Assembly (NCBI GenBank): GCA_963783345.1 | Contig: CAWANE010000020.1 | Location: 36,236-100,235, forward strand | Length of the DNA: 64,000 bases | Origin: an uncultured Actinomycetes bacterium | Lineage (GTDB): Bacteria > Actinomycetota > Thermoleophilia > Solirubrobacterales > 70-9 | Direction of reading: 5' to 3' | In this document: piece after piece, positions 54,605 through 63,575 of the stretch | Layout of the letters: the number at the start of each line of letters is the position of its first letter | Position numbering within the stretch: the first letter of the stretch is position 1 | Position numbers and translations under genes: made by a program | The notes under the pieces: model-generated | Told to the model about the DNA's origin: nothing | Database searches by the model: none | The model's input: the letters and a program-made list of their open reading frames with translations, nothing else

Positions 54605-55461
54605 GCGGCGCCTGGAAATGGCTGCGCGAGCACGCCGTCAACCTCGTCGGCGCGCTGGTCGTCGTCTACATGCTGCTGCCGATCGCGGTCATCTTCGTCT
54701 TCTCGTTCAACAACCCGAGCGGCCGCTACAACTTCAGCTGGGTCGGCTTCACCCTCGCCCACTGGGAAAACGCGTTCGGCATCCCCGAACTCAACGACGC
54801 CCTGCTCACCTCGCTGAAGCTGGCGCTGCTGGCGACGCTGATCTCGACCTTGATCGGAACGATGATGGCGCTGGCCCTGGTTCGCCACCAGTTCTTCGGC
54901 CGCCGCGCCGCCAACTTCCTGATCGCGATCCCGATGGCGACCCCCGAGGTCGTGATGGGCTCGGCGCTGCTCTCCTTCTTCCTCATCCTCGGCACCCCCC
55001 GGCTCGGCTTCCAGACGCTGCTGATCGCCCACGTGATGTTCTGCATCAGCTTCGTCGTCGTCGTCGTCCGCTCGCGCCTGATCGGCTTCGACCGCAATCT
55101 GGAGGAGGCCGCCAAAGACCTCGGGGCCAGCCCCTTCGCCACCTTCCGGCTGGTCACGCTGCCGCTGATCATGCCCGGCATCTTCGGCGGCGCGATGCTC
55201 GCCTTCGCCCTCTCGATCGACGACTTCGTAATCTCCAACTTCAACTCGGGGACGACCGTTACCTTCCCCCTGTACATCTTCGGCGCCGCCCAGCGCGGCA
55301 TCCCGGTCGAGGTCAACGTGATCGCGATGATCCTCTTCGGCGTCACGGTGACGGCGATGGGCTTCACCACCTGGCAGCAGCGCCGAGCCGAAAAGATGGC
55401 CGCCGTGCGTCCCGACCAGGAGGCGGCCCCCACCCCCGTACCGACTGGAGCCCCCGCATGA
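54601..55461 (+). CDS. potC: Polyamine ABC transporter permease
   Basis: EAA-loop EEAAKDLGASPFATFRLVTLPL. The ATG overlaps the potB stop. Confidence 0.85.
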   Translation: MSGAWKWLREHAVNLVGALVVVYMLLPIAVIFVFSFNNPSGRYNFSWVGFTLAHWENAFGIPELNDALLTSLKLALLATLISTLIGTMMALALVRHQFFGRRAANFLIAIPMATPEVVMGSALLSFFLILGTPRLGFQTLLIAHVMFCISFVVVVVRSRLIGFDRNLEEAAKDLGASPFATFRLVTLPLIMPGIFGGAMLAFALSIDDFVISNFNSGTTVTFPLYIFGAAQRGIPVEVNVIAMILFGVTVTAMGFTTWQQRRAEKMAAVRPDQEAAPTPVPTGAPA

Positions 55462-56954
55462 CCGCCCCCCGAACGCAGACCACCGACCCCCAGACCGCCG
55501 CAGCCCGGGAGGGCGACGCGCCACGCTTGCGGAACTACGTCGGCGGCGAGTGGCTCGAGGTCGAGGGGGTCGAGGCGCTGGCCGACGTCAACCCCGCCAC
55601 CGGCGAGACGGTGGCGACCGTGCCGCTGTCGGGCGCCGACGCCGTCGATGTCGCGGTGCAGGCGGCGCGAGCGGCGCAGCCGGGCTGGCGCGCGGTGCCG
55701 CCGCAGCGGCGGGCGCGGGCGGTGCTGGCCCTGCGCGAGGAGCTGCTGCGCCGGCGCGAGAAGCTGACCGCGCTGGTCTGCGCCGACATGGGTAAGACCC
55801 TGCCCGACGCCAACGGCGAGGTCGGGCGCGGCATCGAGTCGGTCGAGTCGGCGGCGGCGATCCCGCACCTGCTCAAGGGCGAGAACCTGGAAGGCGTCGC
55901 CGCCGGGGTCGACGTGGAAATGGTCCGCCAGCCGGTCGGCGTGGTCGCCGCGATCACCCCCTTCAACTTCCCGGCGATGATCCCGCTCTGGTTCCTCCCC
56001 TACGCGATCGCCAGCGGCAACTCCTTCATCCTCAAGCCCTCCGAGGCGGACCCGCGCCCCTCGGCGACGATCATGGAGGCGGTCGACGCGGTCGCCGAGA
56101 TACCGCCCGGCGTCGTCAACCTGGTCCACGGCGCCCACGACGCCGTCAACGGCCTGCTCGACCACCCGGGGATCGACGCGATCTCCTTCGTCGGCAGAGC
56201 GGAGACCGCGCGGCTCGTCGCCGAGCGCGGCGCCGCCTCCGGCAAGCGCGTGCAGGCCCTCGGCGGGGCCAAGAACTCGCTGATCGTGATGCCCGACGCC
56301 GACCTCGGGCAGGCGATGCCGGCAATCATGGGCTCGGCCTTCGGCGCCGCCGGCCAGCGCTGCCTGGCCGGCTCGGTCTGCGTCATCGTCGGCGACGAGG
56401 CACGGCAGGCCGAGGTCCGCGCGGCGCTGGTCGCCGCCGCCTCGGAGCTGACCGTCGGCGCCGGCGACGACGCCGCCACCGACGTCTGCCCGATGGTCTC
56501 CGCGCCCGCCCGCGAGCGCGTCGTCGGGGCGCTGGAGGCGTCCGGCGCCGAGGTCCTGCTGGACGGCCGCGAGGCCGGCGGCGGCCCTGCCGGGACGATG
56601 CTCGGCCCGACCATCGCCGTCGCCGAGCGCGAGTCCGAGCTGGCCCGCGACGAGCTCTTCGGGCCGCTGCTGGCCGTGGTCGAGGTCGCCGACCTCGACG
56701 CCGCCCTGGAGTTCTCCAACGGCTCCCGCTACGGCAACGCCGGCTCGATCTTCACCCGCTCCGGCGAGGCCGCCCGCGCCTACCGCTACGGCATCGAGGC
56801 CGGCATGCTCGGCGTCAACGTCGGCGTCCCCGCCCCGGTCGCCTGGTTCCCCTTCTCCGGCTGGAAGGACTCGATCGACGGCGACCTCCACGCCAACGGC
56901 ACCGACGCGGTCGAGTTCTACACGCGCAAGAAGGTCGTCACCACGCGGTGGTGA
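55458..56954 (+). CDS. Aldehyde dehydrogenase of the methylmalonate-semialdehyde dehydrogenase (MmsA/IolA) type
   Basis: The catalytic Cys lies in the GQRCLAGS context. The C-terminal end VEFYTRKKVVTTRW is typical of this subfamily. The ATG overlaps the potC stop. Confidence 0.8.
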   Translation: MTAPRTQTTDPQTAAAREGDAPRLRNYVGGEWLEVEGVEALADVNPATGETVATVPLSGADAVDVAVQAARAAQPGWRAVPPQRRARAVLALREELLRRREKLTALVCADMGKTLPDANGEVGRGIESVESAAAIPHLLKGENLEGVAAGVDVEMVRQPVGVVAAITPFNFPAMIPLWFLPYAIASGNSFILKPSEADPRPSATIMEAVDAVAEIPPGVVNLVHGAHDAVNGLLDHPGIDAISFVGRAETARLVAERGAASGKRVQALGGAKNSLIVMPDADLGQAMPAIMGSAFGAAGQRCLAGSVCVIVGDEARQAEVRAALVAAASELTVGAGDDAATDVCPMVSAPARERVVGALEASGAEVLLDGREAGGGPAGTMLGPTIAVAERESELARDELFGPLLAVVEVADLDAALEFSNGSRYGNAGSIFTRSGEAARAYRYGIEAGMLGVNVGVPAPVAWFPFSGWKDSIDGDLHANGTDAVEFYTRKKVVTTRW

Positions 56955-56984
56955 GAGGGGACCGCACGCGAACTCCGCAGCTGC

Positions 56985-58382
56985 CTATCTCCCGATGTGG
57001 AAGCCGATCAGCTCGGGGACGCGGGCGACCGCGGCGCTGAGCTTGCTCGGGCTCCTCCCGGCCATCTCGGCGTCCTCCTTGACCTGGATGCCGAGGCGGA
57101 TCGCCTCTCCGCCGACCCAGTGGAAGGGCTCCGGCGGGACGCGCGGGGGCGAGGGGTCGACGAAGGCGAGGCGGGAGGCCTCGTCGCGGCGGTCGAGCGC
57201 CAGCGAGGCGAGGGTGCGGCCGACCATGTGCGAGGGGCCGACGCCGTTGCCGGTGTAGCCGGCGGCGGCGAAGGCGCGGCCGCCGCGCAGCGGCACGATC
57301 ATCGGCAGGTGCGTCGGGGAGGCGTCGATCGGGCCGCCCCAGGCGTGCTCGATGCGCTTGCCGGCGATCCCGGGGAAGGTTTCGTGGAGGTGCTGCGCGG
57401 TGGCCGCGATCACCTCGGCGTCGACCTCGGCGCGGCCGCCCAGGCGCGCCCCCATCGCGATCCTGCCGCCGCCCCAGCCGAAGAGGATGCGCCCGTCCGG
57501 GGTGGTGCGGAAGTAGTGGACGAGGGCGCGGCTGTCGGTGATGCACTCGCCGCCGGTCCAGCCGATCTCCTCCAGCAGCTCCGGCACCGGCTCGGTGATC
57601 ACGATGTGGGAGGAGGCGATCGTCAGCCGGTGCCGCAGCGGGCCGCCGCGGCTCTTCATCGCCCCGCCCATCGCCAGCACCGCGGTCCGCGCCCGCACCG
57701 TGCCGGCGTCGGTGCGGACCTCGACCCCGTCGGGGGCATCGCGCACGGAGCGCACCGGCGTCGACTCGAACAGCTCGACCCCGCGCGCCAGCAGGCGCTC
57801 GCGGATGCCGAGCGCCAGCCGCGCCGGCTGGACGCTGGCCGAGGTGGGGAAGTAGGCGCCGCCGCGGAAGCTCGGCGAGGCGCAGCGGGCGGCGACCTGC
57901 TCGGGGCCGAGCGCCTGCCCCGCCTCGGGGGCCCCGAGCTCGCGGCAGGCGTCGACCGCGCGCTCCCAGGAAGCGTCGTGCGGCGGCGCCGTGGAGACCT
58001 GGAGGTAGCCGCCCATCCGGAACCAGGCGTCGACTCCCTCCTGCTCGCAGAACTCGCCGATGCCGACCACGGCCCGCTCGGCCGCGCGGGCGACCTCCAG
58101 CGCTGCCTCGGCTCCCCAGCGGTCCCGCATCGTCGCCAGCGAGACCCACATGGTGCTGCAGAAACCGCCGTTGCGGCCACTCGGCCCGCGGCCGCAGGTG
58201 TCGGCCTCGAGCAGCACCACCCGAGCCTCGGGCTCGAGCTGCTTGACGTGCCAGGCGGCCCACAGCCCGGTGAAGCCGCCGCCGAGGACGACCACGTCGG
58301 CGTCGCGGTCGCCCCGCAGGGGCGGCGCAGGGTCGACCGGGCCCGCCTCCTGCAGCCAGTATCCGTGTGGGGTGTGCTCCAT
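56985..58382 (-). CDS. FAD-dependent amine/glutamyl-amine oxidoreductase (DAO family, PuuB-like)
   Basis: FAD fold DVVVLGGGFTGLWAA. The ORF-track extension to 59891 is antisense to the decarboxylase gene and was trimmed to ATG 58382. Confidence 0.8.
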   Translation of the reverse strand: MEHTPHGYWLQEAGPVDPAPPLRGDRDADVVVLGGGFTGLWAAWHVKQLEPEARVVLLEADTCGRGPSGRNGGFCSTMWVSLATMRDRWGAEAALEVARAAERAVVGIGEFCEQEGVDAWFRMGGYLQVSTAPPHDASWERAVDACRELGAPEAGQALGPEQVAARCASPSFRGGAYFPTSASVQPARLALGIRERLLARGVELFESTPVRSVRDAPDGVEVRTDAGTVRARTAVLAMGGAMKSRGGPLRHRLTIASSHIVITEPVPELLEEIGWTGGECITDSRALVHYFRTTPDGRILFGWGGGRIAMGARLGGRAEVDAEVIAATAQHLHETFPGIAGKRIEHAWGGPIDASPTHLPMIVPLRGGRAFAAAGYTGNGVGPSHMVGRTLASLALDRRDEASRLAFVDPSPPRVPPEPFHWVGGEAIRLGIQVKEDAEMAGRSPSKLSAAVARVPELIGFHIGR

Positions 58383-58481
58383 GCCCTTGATTGTCCAACA
58401 ACGGGCCGGCCGGAAATGTCCAAAAGATGAGCCGAACGTTGAGCCAATCGGCGGTTCCAAGGCCCGTAGACTCGCGTTCCC

Positions 58482-59951
58482 ATGCCCGATCCCGGCCAGG
58501 AGACCACCCCCTACGTCGATGCAGTGCTCGCCTACGCCGAGCGCAATCCCGGCCGCCTTCAGGTTCCCGGGCACAAGGGCGGCGCCGGCGCCGACCCGTC
58601 GATGCGCGAGCTGGTCGGCGACATCGGCCTGCGCAACGACGTCCCCTCGGTGACCGAAGGGGTCGACGTCGGCCCCGAACCGACCCCGTTCCAGCAGGCG
58701 CAGATCCTCGCCGCCGGGGCCTGGGGCGCGCGCCGCACCTGGTTCCTCGTCAACGGCGCCTCCCAGGGCAACCACAGCACCTGCCTGGCGCTGGCCCACA
58801 TGGGCAACCGCGTCGTCATCCAGCGCAACGTCCACACCTCGGTGATCGACGGCATGGTGCTGAGCGGGATGCGGCCGACCTTCGTCTCCCCGGAGCTGGA
58901 CCCCGAGCTGGGGATCGCCCACGGCCTGACCCCGGAGTCGCTGGCCGCAGCCCTCGACGAAACGCCCGACGCGGTCGCGGCGATGGTCGTCTCGCCGACC
59001 TACTTCGGCGCCTGCGCCGACGTCCCCGCCCTGGCCGAGGTCGCCCACTCGCGCGGGGTGCCGCTGGTCGTCGACGAGGCCTGGGGCGCGCACCTGCACT
59101 TCCACCCCTCGCTGCCGCCGGACGCGCTCTCCTGCGGCGCCGACCTGGTCACCTCCTCGACCCACAAGATCGTCGGCAGCCTGACCCAGGCGGCGATGCT
59201 CCACCTCGGGAACAGCGACCGCATCGACGCGGCCATCGTCGACCGCTGCGTCAGCCTGGTCGAAACGACCAGCCCCAGCGGCCTGCTCACCGGCTCGCTC
59301 GACGCCGCCCGGCGCCAGGCGGCGGTCCACGGCACGCATCTGCTCGAGGAGGCGCTCTCGGCGATCACCGTCACCCGCAAGCAGATCGAGATGATCCCCG
59401 GCCTCGAGGTCCTCGACCAGAGCATGGTCGGCCGCGCCGGGGTCGCCGGCTGGGACCCGATGCGGCTCTCGATCGACGTCCGCGGCACCGGCTCGACCGG
59501 GTACCGGCTCGCCAAGCTCGCCTTCGAGAGGTTCGGCATCGACCTCGAGCTGCACTCCGAGAACGTCGTCGTCGGGGTCTTCGGCGTCGGCGAGCCCGCC
59601 GCCGCGGCCGGCGAACGCCTGGTCGAAACGCTGCACCAGACGGTCGCCCTGCTCGACGACGAGCCGGGCGAGCCGCAGGAGAAGCTGGCGCCGCCGCCAC
59701 CCTGGGGCGAGCTGGTGATGACCCCGCGCGAAGCCTTCCTCGGACCGCAGGAGGTCGTCCCCTTCGACGCCGCCGCCGGCCGCATCGCCGCCGAGGGCCT
59801 CGCCGCCTACCCGCCGGGGATCCCCAACGTCCTCCCCGGCGAGCGCCTCACCGCCGAGACGCTCGACTACATCCGCGAAAGCGTCGCCCACGGCGGCTAC
59901 GTCCGCGGCAGCAGCGACCGCGAGCTGAAGACGTTGCGGGTGACGCGGTAA
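58482..59951 (+). CDS. PLP-dependent Orn/Lys/Arg decarboxylase (major-domain family)
   Basis: GASQGNH, DEAWGAH, and the PLP-Lys context TSSTHKIVGS. Confidence 0.85.
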   Translation: MPDPGQETTPYVDAVLAYAERNPGRLQVPGHKGGAGADPSMRELVGDIGLRNDVPSVTEGVDVGPEPTPFQQAQILAAGAWGARRTWFLVNGASQGNHSTCLALAHMGNRVVIQRNVHTSVIDGMVLSGMRPTFVSPELDPELGIAHGLTPESLAAALDETPDAVAAMVVSPTYFGACADVPALAEVAHSRGVPLVVDEAWGAHLHFHPSLPPDALSCGADLVTSSTHKIVGSLTQAAMLHLGNSDRIDAAIVDRCVSLVETTSPSGLLTGSLDAARRQAAVHGTHLLEEALSAITVTRKQIEMIPGLEVLDQSMVGRAGVAGWDPMRLSIDVRGTGSTGYRLAKLAFERFGIDLELHSENVVVGVFGVGEPAAAAGERLVETLHQTVALLDDEPGEPQEKLAPPPPWGELVMTPREAFLGPQEVVPFDAAAGRIAAEGLAAYPPGIPNVLPGERLTAETLDYIRESVAHGGYVRGSSDRELKTLRVTR

Positions 59952-59954
59952 GAG

Positions 59955-59982
59955 GTGGGGAGGGCGGTCGCCCTCCCCACCC
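59955..59982 (+). terminator. 12-bp G+C-rich hairpin immediately after the decarboxylase stop
   Basis: GGTGGGGAGGGC-GGTC-GCCCTCCCCACC. Confidence 0.65.
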
Positions 59983-60141
59983 GCACCGCACTCCCGCCCA
60001 GCTGAAAGGCAACGAGTGACGAATCCGCAGCCTCTCTCGCGACCGAGAGCTTGAAGCTGACGAAAGCGGGACTGGAGGACTCGCCGTCTGCTGGGGCTGA
60101 CTCCCCGGGGCGACGATGGCGATCATCTAGGCTGCGCCGCG

Positions 60142-61221
60142 ATGGCCTCCTTCGACGCGATCGCCGACCTGCCGCTCGAGATCGAGTCCTGCGAGTTCGA
60201 GGGCCTCGAATTCACGATCGGCGAGTTCGAACGGCTGACGACGATCGTCAAGCTGCGCGGCGGCGGCCACGAGGGGCTCGGCGAAGACGTCGTCTACGAC
60301 GCCATCGACCACATCGCCCAGCAGGGCCACGGGCCGCCGCAGGGGCTCGCCGGCAGCTTCACCTTCGCCGAGTTCTCCGCGCGCCTCGACGGGATCGACC
60401 TCTTCCCGGCCGGCCCGCCGGAGCGCAGCGACATCTCCCCCGACTACCGCCGCTGGGCCTTCGAGTCGGCGGCCCTGGACCTGGCGCTGCGCCAGGCCGG
60501 TACCAACCTCGCCGCGGCGCTCGGCCGCGAGCCGCAGCCGCTCAACTTCGTCAACTCGATGCGCCTCGCCGGCTTCGACAGCGAGAAGCGCTCCTCGATC
60601 GAGCCGCTGCTGGCCCGCCTCGCCGCCTACCCGACGCTGCGCTTCAAGCTCGACCCGACCAACGACTGGGACGACGAGCTGATCGCCGCCCTTGTCGCGA
60701 CCGGCGCCGTCGACTCGCTCGACCTCAAGGGCTTCTACAAAGGCACCCCGGTCGACGTCGAGACCGACCCCGAGCTCTACGCGAAGCTGATCGAGGCCTT
60801 CCCCGACGCCTGGCTCGAGGACCCCGACGTCACCGCCGAGACCAGGCCGCTGCTCGACCCGGTCTCCGAGCGGGTCACCTGGGACGCGCCGATCCACTCG
60901 ATCGCCGACATCGAGGCGATGCCCTGGTCGCCGCCGAAGACGGTCAACGTCAAGCCCTCCCGCTTCGGCCCGATCCGCGACCTCTTCGCCGCCTACGACT
61001 ACTGCGAGGAGCGCGGCATCGGCGCCTACGGCGGCGGCCAGACCGAGCTCGGCCAGGGCCGCGGCCAGATCCAGTACCTGGCCTCGATCTTCCACCCCGA
61101 CACCCCCAACGACGTCGCTCCCGGCGGCTACAACAACCCCGAGCTCGCCACCGAGCCGGGCCTCCCCGCGAGCCCGCTGCAGCCCGCGATCGAGCCGCTC
61201 GGCTTCCGCTGGCGCATCTGA
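60142..61221 (+). CDS. Hypothetical enzyme, possibly enolase-superfamily-like
   Basis: 359 aa with alternating acidic/Lys strand ends (LRFKLDP, DSLDLKG, WLEDPD, VNVKPS). The assignment is tentative. Confidence 0.45.
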   Translation: MASFDAIADLPLEIESCEFEGLEFTIGEFERLTTIVKLRGGGHEGLGEDVVYDAIDHIAQQGHGPPQGLAGSFTFAEFSARLDGIDLFPAGPPERSDISPDYRRWAFESAALDLALRQAGTNLAAALGREPQPLNFVNSMRLAGFDSEKRSSIEPLLARLAAYPTLRFKLDPTNDWDDELIAALVATGAVDSLDLKGFYKGTPVDVETDPELYAKLIEAFPDAWLEDPDVTAETRPLLDPVSERVTWDAPIHSIADIEAMPWSPPKTVNVKPSRFGPIRDLFAAYDYCEERGIGAYGGGQTELGQGRGQIQYLASIFHPDTPNDVAPGGYNNPELATEPGLPASPLQPAIEPLGFRWRI

Positions 61222-61306
61222 GTCCGCTTCGGCCGACCGAATTCGGCGTTTCGGCTACCTTGGGCCGCCCGCCCGCCGACCACGCTCCGCACAAGGAGGA
61301 CCAGAG

Positions 61307-61837
61307 ATGTCCGACAAGTCATTTGCCGACGCGCTCAACGAGCAGATCTCCAACGAGTTCGCCGCCTCGCAGCAGTACGTCGCCGCCGCCGTCTACTACG
61401 ACGCCGAGACCCTGCCCCGCCTCGCCGCCTTCTTCTACCGCCAGGCGCTGGAGGAGCGCGAGCACGCGATGATGATGATCCGGTACCTGCTCGACGTCGG
61501 CGAGGAGGTCCACATCCCCGACATCAAGTCCCAGCAGACCAGCTACGCGGACGGCAGCGCCCCGGTGAAGATGGCGCTCGAACAGGAGAAGCGGGTCAGC
61601 GACGAGATCTTCGCCCTGTTCGAGCTGGCCCGCGGGGTCAAGGACTTCCGGGCCGAGCAGTTCCTGCAGTGGTTCGTCAAGGAGCAGGTCGAGGAGGTCG
61701 CGCTGATGGGCGACCTGCTCAACGTGGTCGAGCGCTCGAAGGAGAACCTGCTGCTGGCGGAGGACTACATCGCCCGCGAGAAACTGGGCGAGGAGGGGGC
61801 TGACCCGACCGCGCCTCCTGTCGCCGGCGAGGGCTGA
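61307..61837 (+). CDS. ftn: Ferritin (non-haem, Ftn-type)
   Basis: LNEQISNEFAASQQY...EEREHAMMMIRYL. RBS AAGGAGG. Confidence 0.9.
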   Translation: MSDKSFADALNEQISNEFAASQQYVAAAVYYDAETLPRLAAFFYRQALEEREHAMMMIRYLLDVGEEVHIPDIKSQQTSYADGSAPVKMALEQEKRVSDEIFALFELARGVKDFRAEQFLQWFVKEQVEEVALMGDLLNVVERSKENLLLAEDYIAREKLGEEGADPTAPPVAGEG

Positions 61838-61852
61838 GACCCCGGCTCAGCC
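61832..61852. terminator. Bidirectional hairpin spanning the two convergent stop codons
   Basis: GGCTGAG-ACCCCGG-CTCAGCC. Confidence 0.45.
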
Positions 61853-62695
61853 GAGCCACCCGGCGCGTTTGCGCATCGTTTTGATCCGGCGGAACTCGGC
61901 GATGTCCTCACGCAGCGCGGCCGGGGCCGGCGCGGGCAGGAACCGCGCCGGCAGCGGCGACTCCGAGACGCCGTCCTCGCGCCTGCAGACGCGGTAGGCG
62001 CGGGCGCCGCGGCGGGCGGTGAGGGCGGAGGGAGTGCCTTCTCCCTCCCACAGCAGGCCGGCGTAGTCGTCGAGGCCGTAGCCGTCCGGCATCCCCTCGG
62101 CGACCGCCTCGAGGTAGGTGGCGCGGCGCTCGGGCTCGTTGTTGTAGTGGACGCAGAGGCTGCCCGAGAGCAGGCCCAGCCCGGCCGCCACCAGCGGCTT
62201 GCCCGACGATTTGGTGACGCCGGCCTCGAACCAGCACATCGCCCCGGCGCTCTGGCCGGCGAGGACGATCCCGCGGCGCCAGGCGAGGCTGAGGATCGAG
62301 GCGATGTCGTGCGCCTCCCAGACCGCGAGCAGGTTGACCATGCTGCCGCCGCCGACGTAGATCAGGTCCTGGGAGAGGAGGTGGTCGCGCAGCGCCATCG
62401 GCCGCCTCCCGAGCCGGAACAGCGAGAGGTCGGAGGGCTCGCAGCAGCGCTCGCCGAAGGAGGCGTAGAAGCGCCCGATCTGCTCGGAGGTGTCGCCGCT
62501 GGCGGTCGGCAGGATGCAGATCCGCGGCCGCTCGCCGCCGCGCTCGCCGGCCAGCCGCAGCAGCAGCTCGCAGACCGCGCGGTCCGGCGGGCGCGAGGTG
62601 AAGTCGTGGCCGCCGAGGGCGAGGATGCGGCGCACCGGCGTCGCCTGCCCGAGCGGCGCCTGGCCGCCGTCGCCGTTGACGCTGCCCATGCCCAT
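61847..62695 (-). CDS. Peptidase family S51 (dipeptidase E / cyanophycinase-like), paralogue 2
   Basis: ICILPTASGD, LIYVGGGSMVNLL, nucleophile GQSAGAMCW. ATG 62695 overlaps the upstream stop (ATGA). Confidence 0.8.
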   Translation of the reverse strand: MGMGSVNGDGGQAPLGQATPVRRILALGGHDFTSRPPDRAVCELLLRLAGERGGERPRICILPTASGDTSEQIGRFYASFGERCCEPSDLSLFRLGRRPMALRDHLLSQDLIYVGGGSMVNLLAVWEAHDIASILSLAWRRGIVLAGQSAGAMCWFEAGVTKSSGKPLVAAGLGLLSGSLCVHYNNEPERRATYLEAVAEGMPDGYGLDDYAGLLWEGEGTPSALTARRGARAYRVCRREDGVSESPLPARFLPAPAPAALREDIAEFRRIKTMRKRAGWLG

Positions 62696-63462
62696 CAGGC
62701 GGGGACCGCGGTGGAGAGCGCCTCCGGCAGCGGTTTGGCTGGGTCTGCGCCGCGGTCGCCGAGGTAGGTGGTGGCGATCCGCATCTCCACCACCCGCTGG
62801 CCGGAGACGTCGAGCCGGTAGCCGCGGGCGTCGGGGCGCGAGGAGACGACCCGCGACAGCTCGGTGCCGTTGAAGTGCAGCGCGGCGCCGTCTTCGGCCG
62901 CGTAGCCGGGCCGCATCCCCTCGCGCAGGAAGCGGTGGTAGGAGTCGCGACGGGCCGAGCCCGGCTCGTAGTGGACGCAGTTGCTGAACGGCAGCAGGCC
63001 CAGGCCCTCCAGCCGCTGCGGCTCGCCGTGGAAGCCGGTGACCGCCTCGGCGAACCAGCACAGCGACCCGGCCGAGAGCCCGGCGAGGATCACCCCGGCC
63101 TCCCAGGCTTCGCGCAGGATCGCGTCGATGCCGTGGGCGCGCCAGACGCCGAGCAGGCTGATCACGCTGCCGCCGCCGACGTAGATCAGGTCCTGGGAGA
63201 GGAGGTGGCGCCGCAGGTCCTCGGGGCCCTGCTCGCGGCGGAAGAGGGAGATGTGGCTGGCCTCGCAGCGGTGGGCGGAGAAGGCGCGGTAGAAGCGGAC
63301 GATGTAGTGGTCGGCGTCGCCGCTGGCCGAGGGCAGGAAGCAGACCCGCGGTCGCTCGGCACCGGTGAGGTTGAGGACGTAGTCGTCGAGCAGCGGGTTC
63401 CCGGACTCCATCGAGAAGCCCCCGCCTCCGAAGGCGACTATCTGCCGCGGCGCGGTTTTCAT
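62695..63462 (-). CDS. Peptidase family S51, paralogue 1
   Basis: VCFLPSASGD, LIYVGGGSVISLL, nucleophile GLSAGSLCW. ATG 63462 is chosen. Confidence 0.8.
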   Translation of the reverse strand: MKTAPRQIVAFGGGGFSMESGNPLLDDYVLNLTGAERPRVCFLPSASGDADHYIVRFYRAFSAHRCEASHISLFRREQGPEDLRRHLLSQDLIYVGGGSVISLLGVWRAHGIDAILREAWEAGVILAGLSAGSLCWFAEAVTGFHGEPQRLEGLGLLPFSNCVHYEPGSARRDSYHRFLREGMRPGYAAEDGAALHFNGTELSRVVSSRPDARGYRLDVSGQRVVEMRIATTYLGDRGADPAKPLPEALSTAVPA

Positions 63463-63575
63463 TACCCAATCGTGCCCCCGCGACCGCCGGTCGTCCTTGT
63501 ACAGCGGTCCGAACTTCCCGCGGCCCGGCTCGCCCGTTGTACAGGGGCCTACAGAGCGGTTCCGAATGCGGCCAC

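Noticed and set aside
40-58450. Recurrent CAATCGGC(G) octamer (40-47, 4394-4411, 12918-12926, 23256-23263, 58444-58452) as a dispersed binding site
   Set aside because: Several copies lie in coding sequence on different strands and in different contexts. An 8-mer of this composition is expected to recur by chance in 64 kb of G+C-rich DNA. Only the tandem copy at 4392-4411 was kept as a note.
58383-59891. Upstream extension that makes the FAD oxidoreductase a 968-aa ORF
   Set aside because: The extension is antisense to the PLP decarboxylase gene and has no motifs. The FAD-binding GxGxxG fold follows ATG 58382 directly.
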